64,000 bases of DNA from Carcharhinus amblyrhynchos (Eukaryota): contig OZ336890.1 of the NCBI GenBank assembly GCA_965287045.1, positions 26,350,001 to 26,414,000 of the forward strand, given 5' to 3'. The translations under genes were made by a program, and so were the position numbers. The notes below the pieces were generated by a model. That model made no database searches, was not told the origin of the DNA, and was given only the letters and a program-made list of their open reading frames with translations. This document shows positions 38,011 through 51,459 of this stretch, in pieces; positions within the stretch are counted from its first letter, which is position 1, and the number at the start of each line of letters is the position of its first letter.

Positions 38011-39305
38011 AACATAGAACAGTACAGGCCTGTCAGCCCTCGATGTTGTGCCAAGCTATGTCAAACCCATGATCAAGCTATCCCACTCCCTATCATTCTG
38101 GTGTGCTCCATGTGCCTATCCAATAACCGCTTGAAAGTTCCTAAAATGTCCGACTCCCCTATCACAGCAGGCAGTCCATTCCAGACTCCAATCACTCTGC
38201 GTAAAGAACCTACCTGGGACATCCCTCCTATATTTCCCACCATGAACCTTAGTTCTGCCCCTAGCAACAGCAACATCCACCCAAGGAAACAGTTACTGCA
38301 CATCCACTCTATCAATCCCCCTCATCTTGTAAACCTCTATTAAGTCGCCTCTCATCCTCCTCCGCTCTCTAAAGAGAAAAGCCCCAGCTCCCTCAGCCTT
38401 TCCTCATAAGACCTACCCTCCAAACCAGGCAGCATCTTGGTAAATCTCCTCTGCACTCTCTCCAATGCTTCCACATCCTTCTTATAGTGAGGTGACCAGG
38501 ACTACACACAATATTCCAAATGTGGTCTCACCAAGATCCTATACAGTTGCAGCATAACCCCACGGCTCTTAAACTCAAACCCCTGTTAATAAATGCTGAC
38601 AGACTTGTGGCAATCTTTAGAGATCTGTGGATATGAACCTTAAGATCTCTCTGTTCCTTCACATTCCTCAGAACCATGCCATTGACCCTGTAATCCGCAC
38701 TCAAGTTTGTCCAACCAAAATGAATCACCTCACACTTATCAGGGTTAAGTTCCATCTGCCACTTTTCTGCCCATCTCTGCATCCTATTAATGTCTCAAAG
38801 AGCCCTCCCCCTCATCTATTACTCCACCAAATTGGTGTCATCAGCAAATTTACTAACCCCCCCCTTCAGCCCCCTCTTCCAAGTCATTGCTAAACATCAC
38901 AAATAGCAGAAGACCCAGCACTGATCCCTGTGGTACACCACTGGTAACTGGCTTCCAGTCTGAAAATTTTCCCTCCACCACTACCCACTGTCTTCTACGA
39001 GACAGCCAATCGAGCAAATTTCCTTCTATCCCACACCTCCTTACTTTCTTCATGAGCCTACCATGGGGAACCTTATCAAATGCCTTACTAAAATCCATGT
39101 ATATGACATCAACTGTTCTACCTTCGTCTACACACTTAGTTACATCTTCAAAGAATTCAATCAAATTTGTGAGGCAGGACTTACCCCTCACAAAACCGTG
39201 ACTATCCCAGATTAAACTACATCTTTCCAAATGGTCATAAACCCTATCTCTTTTTCCATTAACTTACCGACCACTGAAGTAAAACTAACTGGCCTATTAC
39301 CAGGG
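38011..39305 (-). mobile_element. CR1 ORF2 RT-to-3' end fragment
   Basis: ORF 38853-39230(-) [21 protein letters not shown]…[16 protein letters not shown]…[12 protein letters not shown]; 38528-38782(-) WAEKWQMELNPDKCEVIHFG; aacatagaac tail. Confidence 0.92.
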
Positions 39306-40597
39306 TCGTTATTTGTATATTAATGTTTCATTGTTCTCACAATACAATCCAAAAAGAATGCACCTGAAATTCTTACCTCATATAAAGAAAGATTTGAGGT
39401 AATTTGTGGAAGGGTTTGTAATTGACAATGAGGCTGGCCATTTGAAGGGGAGTTTGGTAAACCCTTTCCTCCCTCCCACTTTCCAAGTGATACAAAGATC
39501 AGTGACAGAAAATGATAACATTTATGCAAGTAGTCAAGTGTTTAATTTGCCATTCTATTGACGCAGAGAATGAATGAAAACTGTATGTTTATTTAATTTA
39601 GCAAGCTAAAATGATTTATATCCAAAGAAAACAATAATTTTCCAAGGATGAATCATAAAACAATTAATCCAAATATTTGTAGATGTCTCTTGTATACATA
39701 CATCCCGGTGCTGCCAGATTTCTCATCTATTTTTGCTCCTATTGGAAAAGGGTTTCACAATTCCGTAAGTGAGCCATAACCTAGCCTCTGGTCCTAGCTT
39801 CTCCGTAGGTATTTTTTCCCATTTCAATCCAAATCCTCAGTCCTGTCAAATTCAAATCCAGCCTTCTGTTTCCCTTCCCCTTTCACTATTTGCTGTGAAG
39901 CAACATGTACCTAATTCACTCCAATATACGCACCAGTATGGTACGCGGGGTATTGCCAGCTTCAGAAGAAGCAAAGAATAAATATTAAACCAAGGGACTT
40001 GACTGTTGAATACTCAAGGGAATAGTTTACAGTTTCCACAAGACAAGTCAGTGAATTCAATCCCAAAAGGATGAGTAAACAGCAATAAAAATAAATGCTG
40101 GGATTCTCTGACCTTCCCATGGCCTTTTTCCTCAGACGGGAGTAGCACACCATTAGCCAGATATTTTGGCCCCATGTTGTCAGTGGGATTTCCCAATGAA
40201 TCCACCCCACACCACCAGGGAACACAGGGTAAGGTGCATGATCCAGATGATCCCACCAGCTGGAAATTAGCACCCAAAGTTTGACTTAATTATCAGTGCA
40301 TATCAGTGCCCATAATCCAAGGCTCTAATTGTGATAGAGGACATTTCCCTGACTAAGGAAGCAAGCCAGTGAGATGAGATATGTTGTGCGCGCACACACA
40401 CAGATCAGGTTGAGCCACACACATAAAAAAGGAGCTGAACATGCAAGATAAGATATGGTTGTCCTAAAGAGTTAAAATTATTATACACAAAGCATCATGG
40501 ATAATGTTCATTTCCCTGCTACAACACTTACTGAAAGAACAGTTTGGGAGCCTGAGCAATATGCATATAGTTCATTGGCCCTGGAACGCTTAAAATC

Positions 40598-40961
40598 CAC
40601 AGAATCCATACAACGCAGAAGGAGGCCATTTGGCCCATCATGTCTGCACTGATTGTCTGACAGCATTTCACCCAGACCCACCACACCCAAACACCCCGGC
40701 CACATTCCCATAACCACTCTCATTTATCCCACTAATTCCTCCTAACTTGCAGAGTTTAGGACACTAAGGGGCAATTTAGCATGGCTAATCAACCTAACTT
40801 GCACACTTTTGGACAGAGAGAAAACCATAACACCCGGAGGAAACCCACGCAGATGATACAGGAAGAACACGCAAACTCCACACAATCACCCAAGGCTGGA
40901 GCTGAACCCGGGTCCCCAGCACTGAGGCAGCAATGTTAACCACTGTGCCACCATGCCTCCC
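40598..40961 (-). mobile_element. HE1-like V-SINE with CR1 tail
   Basis: cacccggaggaaacccacgcag V-domain, gaacccgggtccc B-box region, tail cagaaggaggccatttggcccatc. Confidence 0.88.
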
Positions 40962-42769
40962 CACTTTTTGGAGCTGCAATTCTACGGTAGTCACATTTGA
41001 CTGTCAGTTAACACAGGAATGCGATACAGTACCTGCTCACGTGACAGGAGTGTCTGTTACCCAAGAGACATAAAATGACTTGGTTGCCTGGATGGGGCCA
41101 CTTAAATTCCCTGCTTGAAATGAGCCGGAGCGATAAATCAGCTTGATACGATTTAACGTTCATTTGGATTGTCAAAGACTGAACTACATTTCACTTTGAA
41201 CCATGACAGAGTTCCAACACTTGTGGAATCTGTACTGACAGAGAATTCTGCTGTCTGCGGACAAGGAAAAATGTTCCATAATGGAACCCCCTTTCCTAGA
41301 AGGAGTTTTTAAAATCGCCCACATTGTGGTCTTGGGGATATGAAGAGCAGAGCTGTGAAATGCTAATACTACTCACAGGTGAATAAGCACAGCTTGAAGC
41401 TTCTCTAATTCTATTCTTCACAAAAGTGAGATTTGCAGATCAACAAAGTTGAGAGAATAGCACAGGAATACTAATTTGATGGCCCGAGCTTCCATTTAAA
41501 TACTTAATAGCTGTATTCAACAAAAATTACATGTCCACGCCTCCATCTGAATGCTTAATGTCAGTACTCAGTAATATGTCGTCAGCCACATATAGCTTCT
41601 ATAACACTACAGTTTGTGAATAAAAGGCTTCATAAATGGCTTTTACAGAAAATGATCTAAATTTGCAATTTTATAGCTTTGTAAAAAGCAGAGCGAGTAG
41701 AATAGCTAACAAGTCAGAACATGGTGATAATTCACTCGCAGTTGTGGAGTGAGCTATTTAATGAGGAATTCTCGGCACAAACATTGGCGAGTGGCAGATA
41801 TTGTGGACCGAGAGCAGCCCTTGCCCTCAGCCCGACCCCGCCTTTACCCTGTCGTTCCCGGTTTTGCCGCGTGCTTGTAATCTAATGTAAAATGCCTGAG
41901 GGTGGTCGGGGAAGAGTTAAGTCTCTGTAATCGAGATTAATGAAGAGGTCTTCTCTATACTTCCCAATAGAGGCTGTTAAAGTCCATCCCATAGTGCTTC
42001 AGTCATTAATTATCGTGAATGGATGGCTTTACTACTGAGAGTAAATAAAAAGGTGACAAAAACGTCAAAAATTGAGGGCTGCTTTATTAGACAGGAAAGC
42101 ATATCAGCTACAAATGAATCAGGCTAAAACAAATCACAAGATTAAAACTGTGTGGAAAATATAGACAATCCAGTTGGGGGCGGGGGGGGAAAAAATTAAA
42201 CCTTTCTTTTACATTGGTGTTCTAGAGCCAAATAAATGAGGGCCCTTTCACTTTAGTTGCTCCTACTTGCATTTTTGAAAAATATGTCCCCTTTACTCAA
42301 CTCAAAGCCACTGCAATAACAAAAGATTCACCAGGGCATCTTTGGTGATTTGTTGGTCTACACCAGCTCCTTTCCTCCAGGGATCCCCATAGAAACCACA
42401 GTTTCTATCCATCTTTACTAATTCTAGGTGAACCATTATTTGCAAATAAAGAAAGGGCTGTAAATTTTGAGAAAAACAGCCAATTAATCATGTTTAGCTC
42501 CTTCTGGCTCTTTCTGCACTTCTAAAAATTGATTAATATAAACCACAAATGTGTTCATTTTAATGTTGTTGCTGCATTCCACAGCTATGTGGTCAGAATA
42601 AAGAAATACTTTACTAAAGGCTAGACATGTCACACTCCAGCCAGAGGCCCAGAATTCAATGGTCAGGCGCAATTGTTGGCTGTAGGGCAGGACTCGAATG
42701 CCAAGGGTGAAGGAGAAAAACAAACAACAAAATAATCCATTTGTGTTGATTAAGCTTCTTAGAAAACCG

Positions 42770-42918
42770 AAAGCTACGTCATTGGTAATGGGTTGAAGGA
42801 TCATGGAGAACAGGCAAGAGTCGAGGCCGAAACAAGATCAGCCATGATTGTATTGAATGGCCGAACAGACTCAGTTGCTGAATTGCCTACTCCTTCTCCT
42901 GGCTCTTATGTTCTTATA
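42770..42918 (+). mobile_element. CR1 3' end
   Basis: agatcagccatgattgtattgaatggc…gcctactccttctcctggctcttatgttcttat. Confidence 0.75.
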
Positions 42919-43011
42919 TCATGAGTTGCAAAAACCAGTGCCTCGACCCAAGGTAGTGATGGGAAAGAGACCAAATCACCAATAACAACGGCAACAACTT
43001 AATATAATAAA

Positions 43012-43364
43012 GTTAGCACCTCTGCCTCACGGTGCCAGGGACCTGGCTTCAATTCCAGCCTTGGGTGACTGGAGATTGCAAGTTCTCCCTGTGCTGCATG
43101 TGTTTCCTCTAGGTGATCCTGTTTCTTCTCACAATCCAAAAAGATGTGTCAGTTAGGTGGATTAACCATGCTAAATTGCTCCTTAGTGCCCAAAGATGTG
43201 TTGGTTAGGTAGAATAGTCACTGTAAATGTGTAGGGTTACAGGTAAAGGAGGAGGGGGGGGGGTGGGGGGGGAAGAGTCTGGGCAAGGTGCTCTTTCGGA
43301 GAGTTGGTGCAGACTTGATTGGCCAGATGGTCTCTTTCTGAATTGTCGGTATTCTATGGTTCTA
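43012..43364 (+). mobile_element. HE1-like V-SINE with CR1 tail and internal G-run
   Basis: gttagcacctctgcctcacggtgccagggacc head, V-domain, tail gtgcagacttgattggccagatgg…attctatggttcta. Confidence 0.82.
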
Positions 43365-45063
43365 ACTTAAATAAAAATATAAAACTAACCGGGAGTAAAA
43401 ACAAACTTAAAACGTAAAAAGGTCCTCACGGTGCCATCACACCCAAATCAACTTCAGTATGTACTTTGGCTTTAAGCTGCTTATACATTGAGTGTTTATA
43501 CTTGTGACAATACTAAAGACTTTGTGTGGAGTATTCACCATGCAGCATCCATTACATTCCCTTGAGCTGACATTGTAGACTTGATTTTGTCCACTATCCT
43601 GATTAGAAACAGGATAATGGCAAAAAAGAACTGCTGGTTTCTTGCCCAAGCTAATTTGCTCTCGTTTCACTCCTCCATGAGGAACGTTGCTTTCCACCAT
43701 CTTCCTGATCACGCCAATGGCAAGAGAGTAATAGCACTCAACCTTCCATTCCATCTTCCTCCCCTATAATCTTGCTGCTCTTTGCACTCCCCAGAATCAG
43801 GACAATGGGGTTGGAGGCACTAAGAGCGCTATCACTACATTTGGAGTGTGGGAGAAGTGGGTCTGGTTTTGGATTCTGCACCATCCAATTTGGTGCTGAC
43901 AGCAGCCTCTGTGACTCTGCCAGTTACCCTCTGCCCTGAGGTTCAAGGAAGATTGTATTCAAATAACAAAGGGAGTTGCAACAATGTCAGAGGAACAATA
44001 GCAATCTGGCCCCCTCACTACAACTTCAACCTCGATCTGTTGATGAAGTCAGTAGTGAAGATAAGCTTTAAAAAAAATACAGGGACGGGGTGTGAGGGAG
44101 ACAAAAATCATACATATTACGAGAAACAACATTATAAAAAAGGTTTTGAAGCTCATTATGCAATTACATTTAAACGTTATTTCTATAAGTAGGATTTTGA
44201 TCATTCTATTTAGCTTTAGGTTTCAGCCGATGCTTGGAGAAGCACAGAACTAAAACTGATTCTTTGTGTTCTCTCCAAAGCAGATGGAAAACTGGCACCG
44301 TGGCAACACTGGCTGCACAAGGCTGCTGTTGGGAGTCTCAAACCAGTCCTCATTTAAATGTCACTGGCAACCAGAGGGCACTAATTGGGTGCTTGAGGCT
44401 CACTGGTCATGGGCAAATGGTAAACTGGTGAGCTCCCATGCAAGCACAGATGGGCAGATTGTGCAATGTTACACGCTTCAGGCAAAGCGCATGTAAAATT
44501 GCTACCGGGGTCCACAAGTAGCACATTTGCGCAGTTAAGCAGACTCTCTTCAGATACAGGAGCTCACCTTTGTGCAAGTCAGCTTTACAAAGTCATTAGA
44601 GCTACCCTTGTTCATCAAATAGGGAGACAGAGGGAAAACCGCCCCTCCATTTGTCTTATTGTCCACCAACCCACAATGAATGGGAATGCAACCAATATTT
44701 ACTCCCCCAGAGAGAAAGTTAGTGAGCTCATTATTTGAGTACAATCTTCAACATATTCATGGTGCTTCCAGAACATTTTACCAGTCATTCTGATGGATGG
44801 TCAACCAAATGCTGCCCAGATTACAAATTGTCTTCCAAGTATAAAAATTACAGCAAATTGAAAGGAGCCTTTTGCCTCATAGCACCAATTTAGGAACAAT
44901 CTCCTCAACATTCTTTATTTGTGCACACCAATTCACCGTCCCTTCCTCTGCTTTTGGGCACCCATTCACCATTCCTTCCCTTTCTAGTGGGCACCAATTC
45001 CCTACCCCTTCTCCTGTCAATCTGCATCTCCATTCCATGGCCCTTCTTTCGCCATTCATTTAT

Positions 45064-45380
45064 GGGGACTCAATGACCTAGTGGTATCATCACTAGACTA
45101 CTCATCCAGAAACTCAGCTAATGTTCTTGGAACCCAGGTTCGAATTCCACCACAACAGATGGTGGAATTTGAATTCAATTAAAAAATTTCTAGAATTAAG
45201 AACCCACTGATGACCATGAAACCAGTGTCGATTGTCAAAAAAAAACCTCACCTCGTTCACTAATCTCCTTTAGAGGATGAAATCTGCCATCCTTACCCGG
45301 TCTGGCGTACATGTGACTCTAAAACCACAACTACCCTCTGGCAACTCGGGTTGGCCAGCGAGTGACACCCATGAATGAAT
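45064..45380 (+). mobile_element. tRNA-derived SINE (second family), near full length
   Basis: A-box-like gacctagtggta, B box ggttcgaattcc, body shared with 8125-8368, tail ggccagcg…cccatgaatgaat. Confidence 0.8.
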
Positions 45381-48300
45381 GGAAAAAAAAACACGCAGAC
45401 TGTATCATTTCTTTCCTTGTGGAATGTTGGAAGAATATCAGATAATGCATGAGATTAAAATCAACAGATTTCAGGTTTGCTTTGTGTGTGACAAGGGGTT
45501 GGCTGGTGAAACAGATGTTTTCACAAAGAACAAAGGGTGAGCTTGACTGAAGTGGTTCCTATTCTGAAGATATCCAGTTCAGCAAGACATTAAATCCAAA
45601 TGCTGTGTGGTACAGCCAAAATATTTTAAACATCAAAGCAAAACCTGTACTCTTTTCCAATACAATACACATTATAGTGATGCTTTTGCTTTTTGGAGAA
45701 TTCTACCACTTGAAAAATGATGGACAGCCACGGTGTAATGTTTATAAGACCTTCTACTGTAACCAAATTACAAGTAGCCTGCCCTTGTGGAACTACAGTA
45801 CAGGTAGAGGCAAGTCGAACCAAAGTTGGGTACAGTTCATCATTTAAAGCCATACACATTTATTCCTCATGCCTGCACTTTCCAAGTACATTTCATATTT
45901 TTCCTTCTCAAATGGTTACTTGATTCTTTTTAATACTTCTCTAAAGTAGGCATCACTTCTCAGCCCTCCATGTTTAAATACTCGAAGTGAAAATATTTCT
46001 TACATTTTCCTTCTTTATTCTTCCAGCAATGGTTATATTGTTTAATTTCTTGGATTTTTAAAAAAAATTGCTGAGGAGATATCTTAAACGTACATGCGAA
46101 AATTAGGAAAGCAATGATGCTGTTGCCAACATTATTACCTACTGGTACTGCAACTGCCAAGAGCAAACATTTTAAAACCTGCCATCTGGTCTATCCTCTC
46201 TTTAAGGCAACGGTTGCTGGAGTTAGTGATGGTTAAAACAAGATGGAACCCAGCACCCTAAAATGCCATTTGCTGCATACAGTTATAATCTAACTGGGGA
46301 AAGTCAAGTCTGATGAACAGAAATATATGCTCCCCATGGTCAAATCTGAACCAATGAGGTGATGCAACACCACCTGTTGTGCCAAACGTTATTTTTCCAG
46401 TCACTGTCCGTTAGTGGTTCCGGTCCTTCACCATCACTTGATGGAACACTGGGAATCCCTGCCTTTTTTGGACACCCAGTGGTGCTTTATGGCCATTTTC
46501 TCAGCAAAGGACCTTAACTGAAATTTGACTGGGTGTGTTGAAATAAGCCAAGCTCAAACACTGTCACCGGCTGTTATGACTCCACTATAAACATCAGCTC
46601 CTTTTGCAGAGAAGCCTCCATGATGACAACAGCAGAGGCAATTAATGACAATGAAAATTGAAGATGGTCAGCTGGGGTTAAAATGCATTGGAACAGTTGG
46701 CTGTACCAGTTTCTGTCTAGCTATTGTCTTACAGTTACCTCAAGATGGTTCCAAAGTTGCCTTATCCATTGGCTGCTGGATTTCACTGGCATGAAAATAT
46801 TATTTCGCCCCTGCGTTTTCTTTTTTCACTGCGAGACCAAATGATCAGGAGTATAGGTGAGAATATGTTTTGGTCTGCTGAGTCCCAGTTTATCTTCTGC
46901 TGCTTTAGCACTTTGAAGTCACTTCTTCTGATTTCTTACCTTTGTCAACTGTGGCATTGCCAATGGTGCCTTTCATTACCCTGCTGTCTGCAGTCCGCCT
47001 TTACAGCCAACCTACGCACCCCAGATATTGAGATGACGTTCCTTCAGTATCTTAATTATACATACTTATCTATACAGGTATAATGCAAATATAATGACTT
47101 TGGTGCCAAATTGCTGACCCATGCTAATTCATCCAGACTAATTCAAATGCCAGAACAGGTTGTTCAGCTGATTGGGTGCCTGACTGCAATACATTCCCTC
47201 TGTCTCACCTCTCTGACGCATACACAGTAACAATGGACCTCTTCCAACATATTTTGTGAACACATTGATAAAGATGCCGATCTTGGACTTTAATCACCTA
47301 TCTAATTTACAAAGACTCAGGCAACAGAAAAAGCAGATTCTAGTCTTGGGTTCAGAGTAAGGTTTGAGATTCTAGAAAAACAAACGGAATTCTAAGATTT
47401 CTCTCGTTATGTACCTGACCTATCACCCAATACAGAAGATATTATATATTCATTCAGAGATTCAGCGGAATCTACCACCCATGCTCTAGCCACCAATTAC
47501 AAAAGGTTAGTCAAGTGAACAAACCATGTCCCATCTTTTTACAATTTAAGAATATCTAGGATCCAAGCAATGAATACATTTTTGTCCTTTTCATCAGTTA
47601 ATTGAATTAAATGTCGTGGCAACAAGATTAATAATGGCCCAATGGGGTTCGACATCTGAAATCTGTTAAATCATCTATTTGAAACGAACCTTCGGAGTAA
47701 TAAAAACCAGCAGCAATGTAAGAAATAAAATAGGACAGATTCTTGTTCAATATAAAGATAAACCAAAGACAGAACCTTTTAGGCCGCAATGCAACATGGT
47801 CGAGACCTATTTCCAGCAAGAGGATTGCTTGGTGCAAGCCCTTGGCCCCTTACTGTTTTCTTTAAACTTTTCGTATGATTTGAGCAATTTATATTTGTGC
47901 AGCTATAAGTGACAGATGCTTTTATTATCAGTTAGGCATGTCTGCCTCAGATGACTACAGACACAGTCTATTGTTGAAACAGGTTACACCCTAACTGATT
48001 ATTCAGACTCAAATTTCTACACCCATCACAAATAATGCACAAAACGTGCAACAAAACTATAACCATAACACAACTGAGAATAAAATCTGTGTTACAAATT
48101 AATGCGAATAAACTATTGGTTGACTTGCACTGAAACAGAAAATATAGATCAAATAAAGATTTTTCATCTCTGGTTCAGCTGCCATAGGTTAATGCTGTCT
48201 ACCAATCTCACTCTCTTTTATAACTTGATATCAGGTTTTAAGAAGGCAAGTAACATGAGTGAAACATAAAATTAGATGACACACAGTGACACACCCAGAG

Positions 48301-48394
48301 AATTAAGTGCAAGGCACCTCCCATTCTTCGAATTTATTTCTTCCAGAGCAAGATGCTGCATTTATTTTCACTTTTTAAACCACAAATGAAATGT

Positions 48395-48698
48395 CGGCAG
48401 CACGGTGGTTAGCACTGCTGCTTCACAGCCCCAGGGACCCGGTTTCAATTCTAGCCTCAGTGCGGAGTTTGCATGTTCCCCCCGTGCCTATGTGGGTTTC
48501 CTCTGGGTGCTCCGGTTTCCTCCCACAATCTAAAAATGTGCAGGTTAGGTTGATTGGCCATGTTAAATTGCCTCTTCGTGTCAGGGGACCTAGCAGGGTA
48601 AATACATGGGGTTAGGGGGATAGGATCTGGGTGGGATTGTGGTCTGTGCAAATTTGATGGGCCAAATGGCCATCTTCTGATCTATGGGAATTCTATGA
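48395..48698 (+). mobile_element. HE1-like V-SINE with CR1 tail
   Basis: ggcagcacggtggttagcactgctgcttcacagc head, gggtttcctctgggtgctccggtttcctccc V-domain, tail gatgggccaaatggcc…ttctatga. Confidence 0.9.
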
Positions 48699-48809
48699 AA
48701 GCTACAGATTAAAGTTTTAATCTTACAGCAAGATACAAGGGCTGCTTCAGCTGCTCCACTGTAACAGTCAAAGCACTCCTGTGATAGTTCATTCTAGGTT
48801 TGGCAATAC

Positions 48810-48917
48810 TGCAGGGAGAGTGGGCCTAGGATGGATGCTCTTTCAGAGGGTTGGTGCAGATCCGATTGGCTGAATGGCTTCCTTCTGCACTGTCGGGATT
48901 CTATGGTTCTATGGTAT
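48810..48917 (+). mobile_element. V-SINE 3' fragment
   Basis: ggatgctctttcagagggttggtgcagatccgattggctgaatggcttccttctgcactgtcgggattctatggttctatgg. Confidence 0.7.
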
Positions 48918-49339
48918 GGTTGGTTCTTAGCCAATTGGGCTGAAAAAGAATCCAAGCTGAATTTTTTTTTTGCTAGCTTTCTTGACAAAAACTCTGGAAT
49001 TCCAATAAGAAAATGAGGAATAATGACATAGTCCGCTCAAGAAAGATTCAGGATTGGTTCAACCTGATCAAAGCAAACATCTTGAGCTGGGCTTGATCTT
49101 TGCCCTCACACTTTACTCAGTGAACAGGCCATGGACTCCCTCTGCTGGAGGAATCATTGAACAGATTAGGGAAGCTGGGTGTGGAGGCTCTGGACATTTC
49201 ACAGTAACGTTATTCATCAGATGACAAAAACACAGTGTTCCCATTAAGAATGGCAGAGAAAATCTTGACAGGTATTCCAACTGACTCTTAGCACAGTTGC
49301 CGTGCTTAAGCGTCACTAAATGATTCTCAGATATCAATG

Positions 49340-49830
49340 TCCAGTTCCAAAATGGACCACATAACGTGGACAAGTAGAGTATGGGGCAATTGCAATGAAT
49401 GCTCACAGTACTTGGAAACAATGGCTCTCATTCTCTAGTCATATCAGAATGACTGAAGCATTTTTATCATAAACTGTCATGCACCTGGAGGACATTGGAG
49501 TACAACTCAGAACACGTTACATTACATTGCCTAGATCAGTAGCAAGGCCAATCTGGAGTATGATGTGTTACTCTGGTTATCCTCCCTCCAAGTGAATAAG
49601 AATGCATTGAAAAGAGTTCATTGGGTGGATTCAGATCTTACTAAATCACAAAAGAGATTGTAAGTGGAAGAGTGACTAACATGAGGGAAAGCCAGACATA
49701 ATTCAGATCTTTTCAATAATGAAATTTATTGATATGGTTGGAATAAACACGCTAAATAATTGGCTCATTGAGGTCAGGACCACGACAGACAAGAACAGGG
49801 GACACACAAAATCCGTTCCCAGAAATGGTA
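49340..49830 (+). mobile_element. Very old CR1-like fragment
   Basis: …SVARPIWSMMC (cf. LVRPHLEYCV), aatgcattgaaaagagttca (ALERVQ-like), acaagaacaggggacac (TRGH-like). Confidence 0.45.
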
Positions 49831-51459
49831 ATTAATTTTGGGTCCACTGAAATCTTTCAGAAAGAGGGGTATTGATGATTGCAGATATTTGCAAAGAGGG
49901 GGGGTTTGAGGCAAGCTCAGAGGCAAAAGGGTGTGGTCTGGCTGCTAAGTGTATCCCAATGGCATGAGGCCACAGTCCTAGGGAACAAACCTTACCAAGT
50001 GAGGGCAGGGTTTGGGAAATGGGTAAAGAGGCCTGTGATCTGTTTGGTGAGCAGATTACAGGCTCCTTTAAAAGGGGCTTATGGACTTGTGGGGAGGGGG
50101 CGGGGGAAGCAATCCTGCTCATCCTGGCCCAAGCAATTATCTTGTAGATTCCTGACCTCTGGGAATCCCAGTGCAGTGGCTATTTATTTCAAATTGCACT
50201 GTGTGGTGGACTTGATTTAAACAGTTCAACAACTGCTCCAACTTTCCAAGGTGGAAAGCTGGGAGATTCTGATATCTTGTACCATAAGAGCAAACCATTT
50301 TGCTTTCAACTCCGACCCTCTGCCACCCATTGTAGAGGGGTTACTGAGGCCGTTACCACTGGTCGATCGTTAGCCCCATCAGTGAAGAACCTGGGGGATG
50401 ATTTTCTGACTGTCCAATGGATGAAGGATTGAGAATAAGATTTCCTGTAACCCTCACATCTGTGGGGAAATTCCCTCCTTTAGTCTGCTTTAGATAAGGG
50501 AGATCAATAGGTGGGTGGAATGAAGAATATGTTGTACATGGAGAGGTGGGTCAAATGGCCTTTCCTCACTTTTCTAAAGTCTGTAACCTGCAGGATCCAC
50601 TTATGGAATATATTTTTTGGCAAATACAGTCCATTGACTTAGAACGGAAATGTAAACAGTAAACTGTATTGACCTGGAATTCTGCAGGAAAAACATGTAA
50701 ATTTGGCTCTCTCGAAGAGAATGGGAAAGATCCAAAAACAAATGCCCATTTAGCAGATGATCCGATGAAAGAGACAAAGTGTGCAGTCAGGGTGTGAACA
50801 GCCAATTAGAACGATTGATCCGGACACGGACATGTCTGAAAGATATGCTAATTGCCTTTGCGACTCGAGTTCCCTATGTGTCCCCTTTTCTCTAATTCTC
50901 CCAGTTGGCGCTGTAATTAACTCTGCAATCCTTAACCGGAGGACAGTTTGGAGGGGGTGCACTGATGAAGTTATCAAACTCCCTCAGGAAAAATCAAAGC
51001 TGTGACTGATGTAATATTGTTATATTTTGAAAATTGGCTTTGGCTCTTTGCCTTAATATTTGATACCGAGTAGCACAAATCAACTGAATGCTCAAGAGAG
51101 TTTCAGGATGCAGCAGACATATAAATATTTGTGACAAAAAGTGCGTGCACCACGCCCCCCTCCCCAACCCCACACTATTATCTTGGGACTTGTGCATGAA
51201 AAAGCATTATTTATTTAAGTTACCTTGCTTAACTGAGTGGGTCCTGATAAAACAGATTCATAGTGTGTGATTTGTCGAGATGCTGTATTCACTGATGCAC
51301 AGCACAGCATGTGGCCTTGGCTACACTGAATGATAACGGTCGTGCTTTCACAAAGCAACTTTTTGCTTGAATTCTACATTGTTCAACATTTTGTTCAAAC
51401 TTAGTCAGCAGCGTGTCAGAGCTTGCCCAAAACAGGGGACATGGTGGAGAGAGAGCAGA

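Noticed and set aside
46994-47078. Possible plus-strand exon (cag|…TACAG|gtataa)
   Set aside because: Weak donor and no recognisable peptide.
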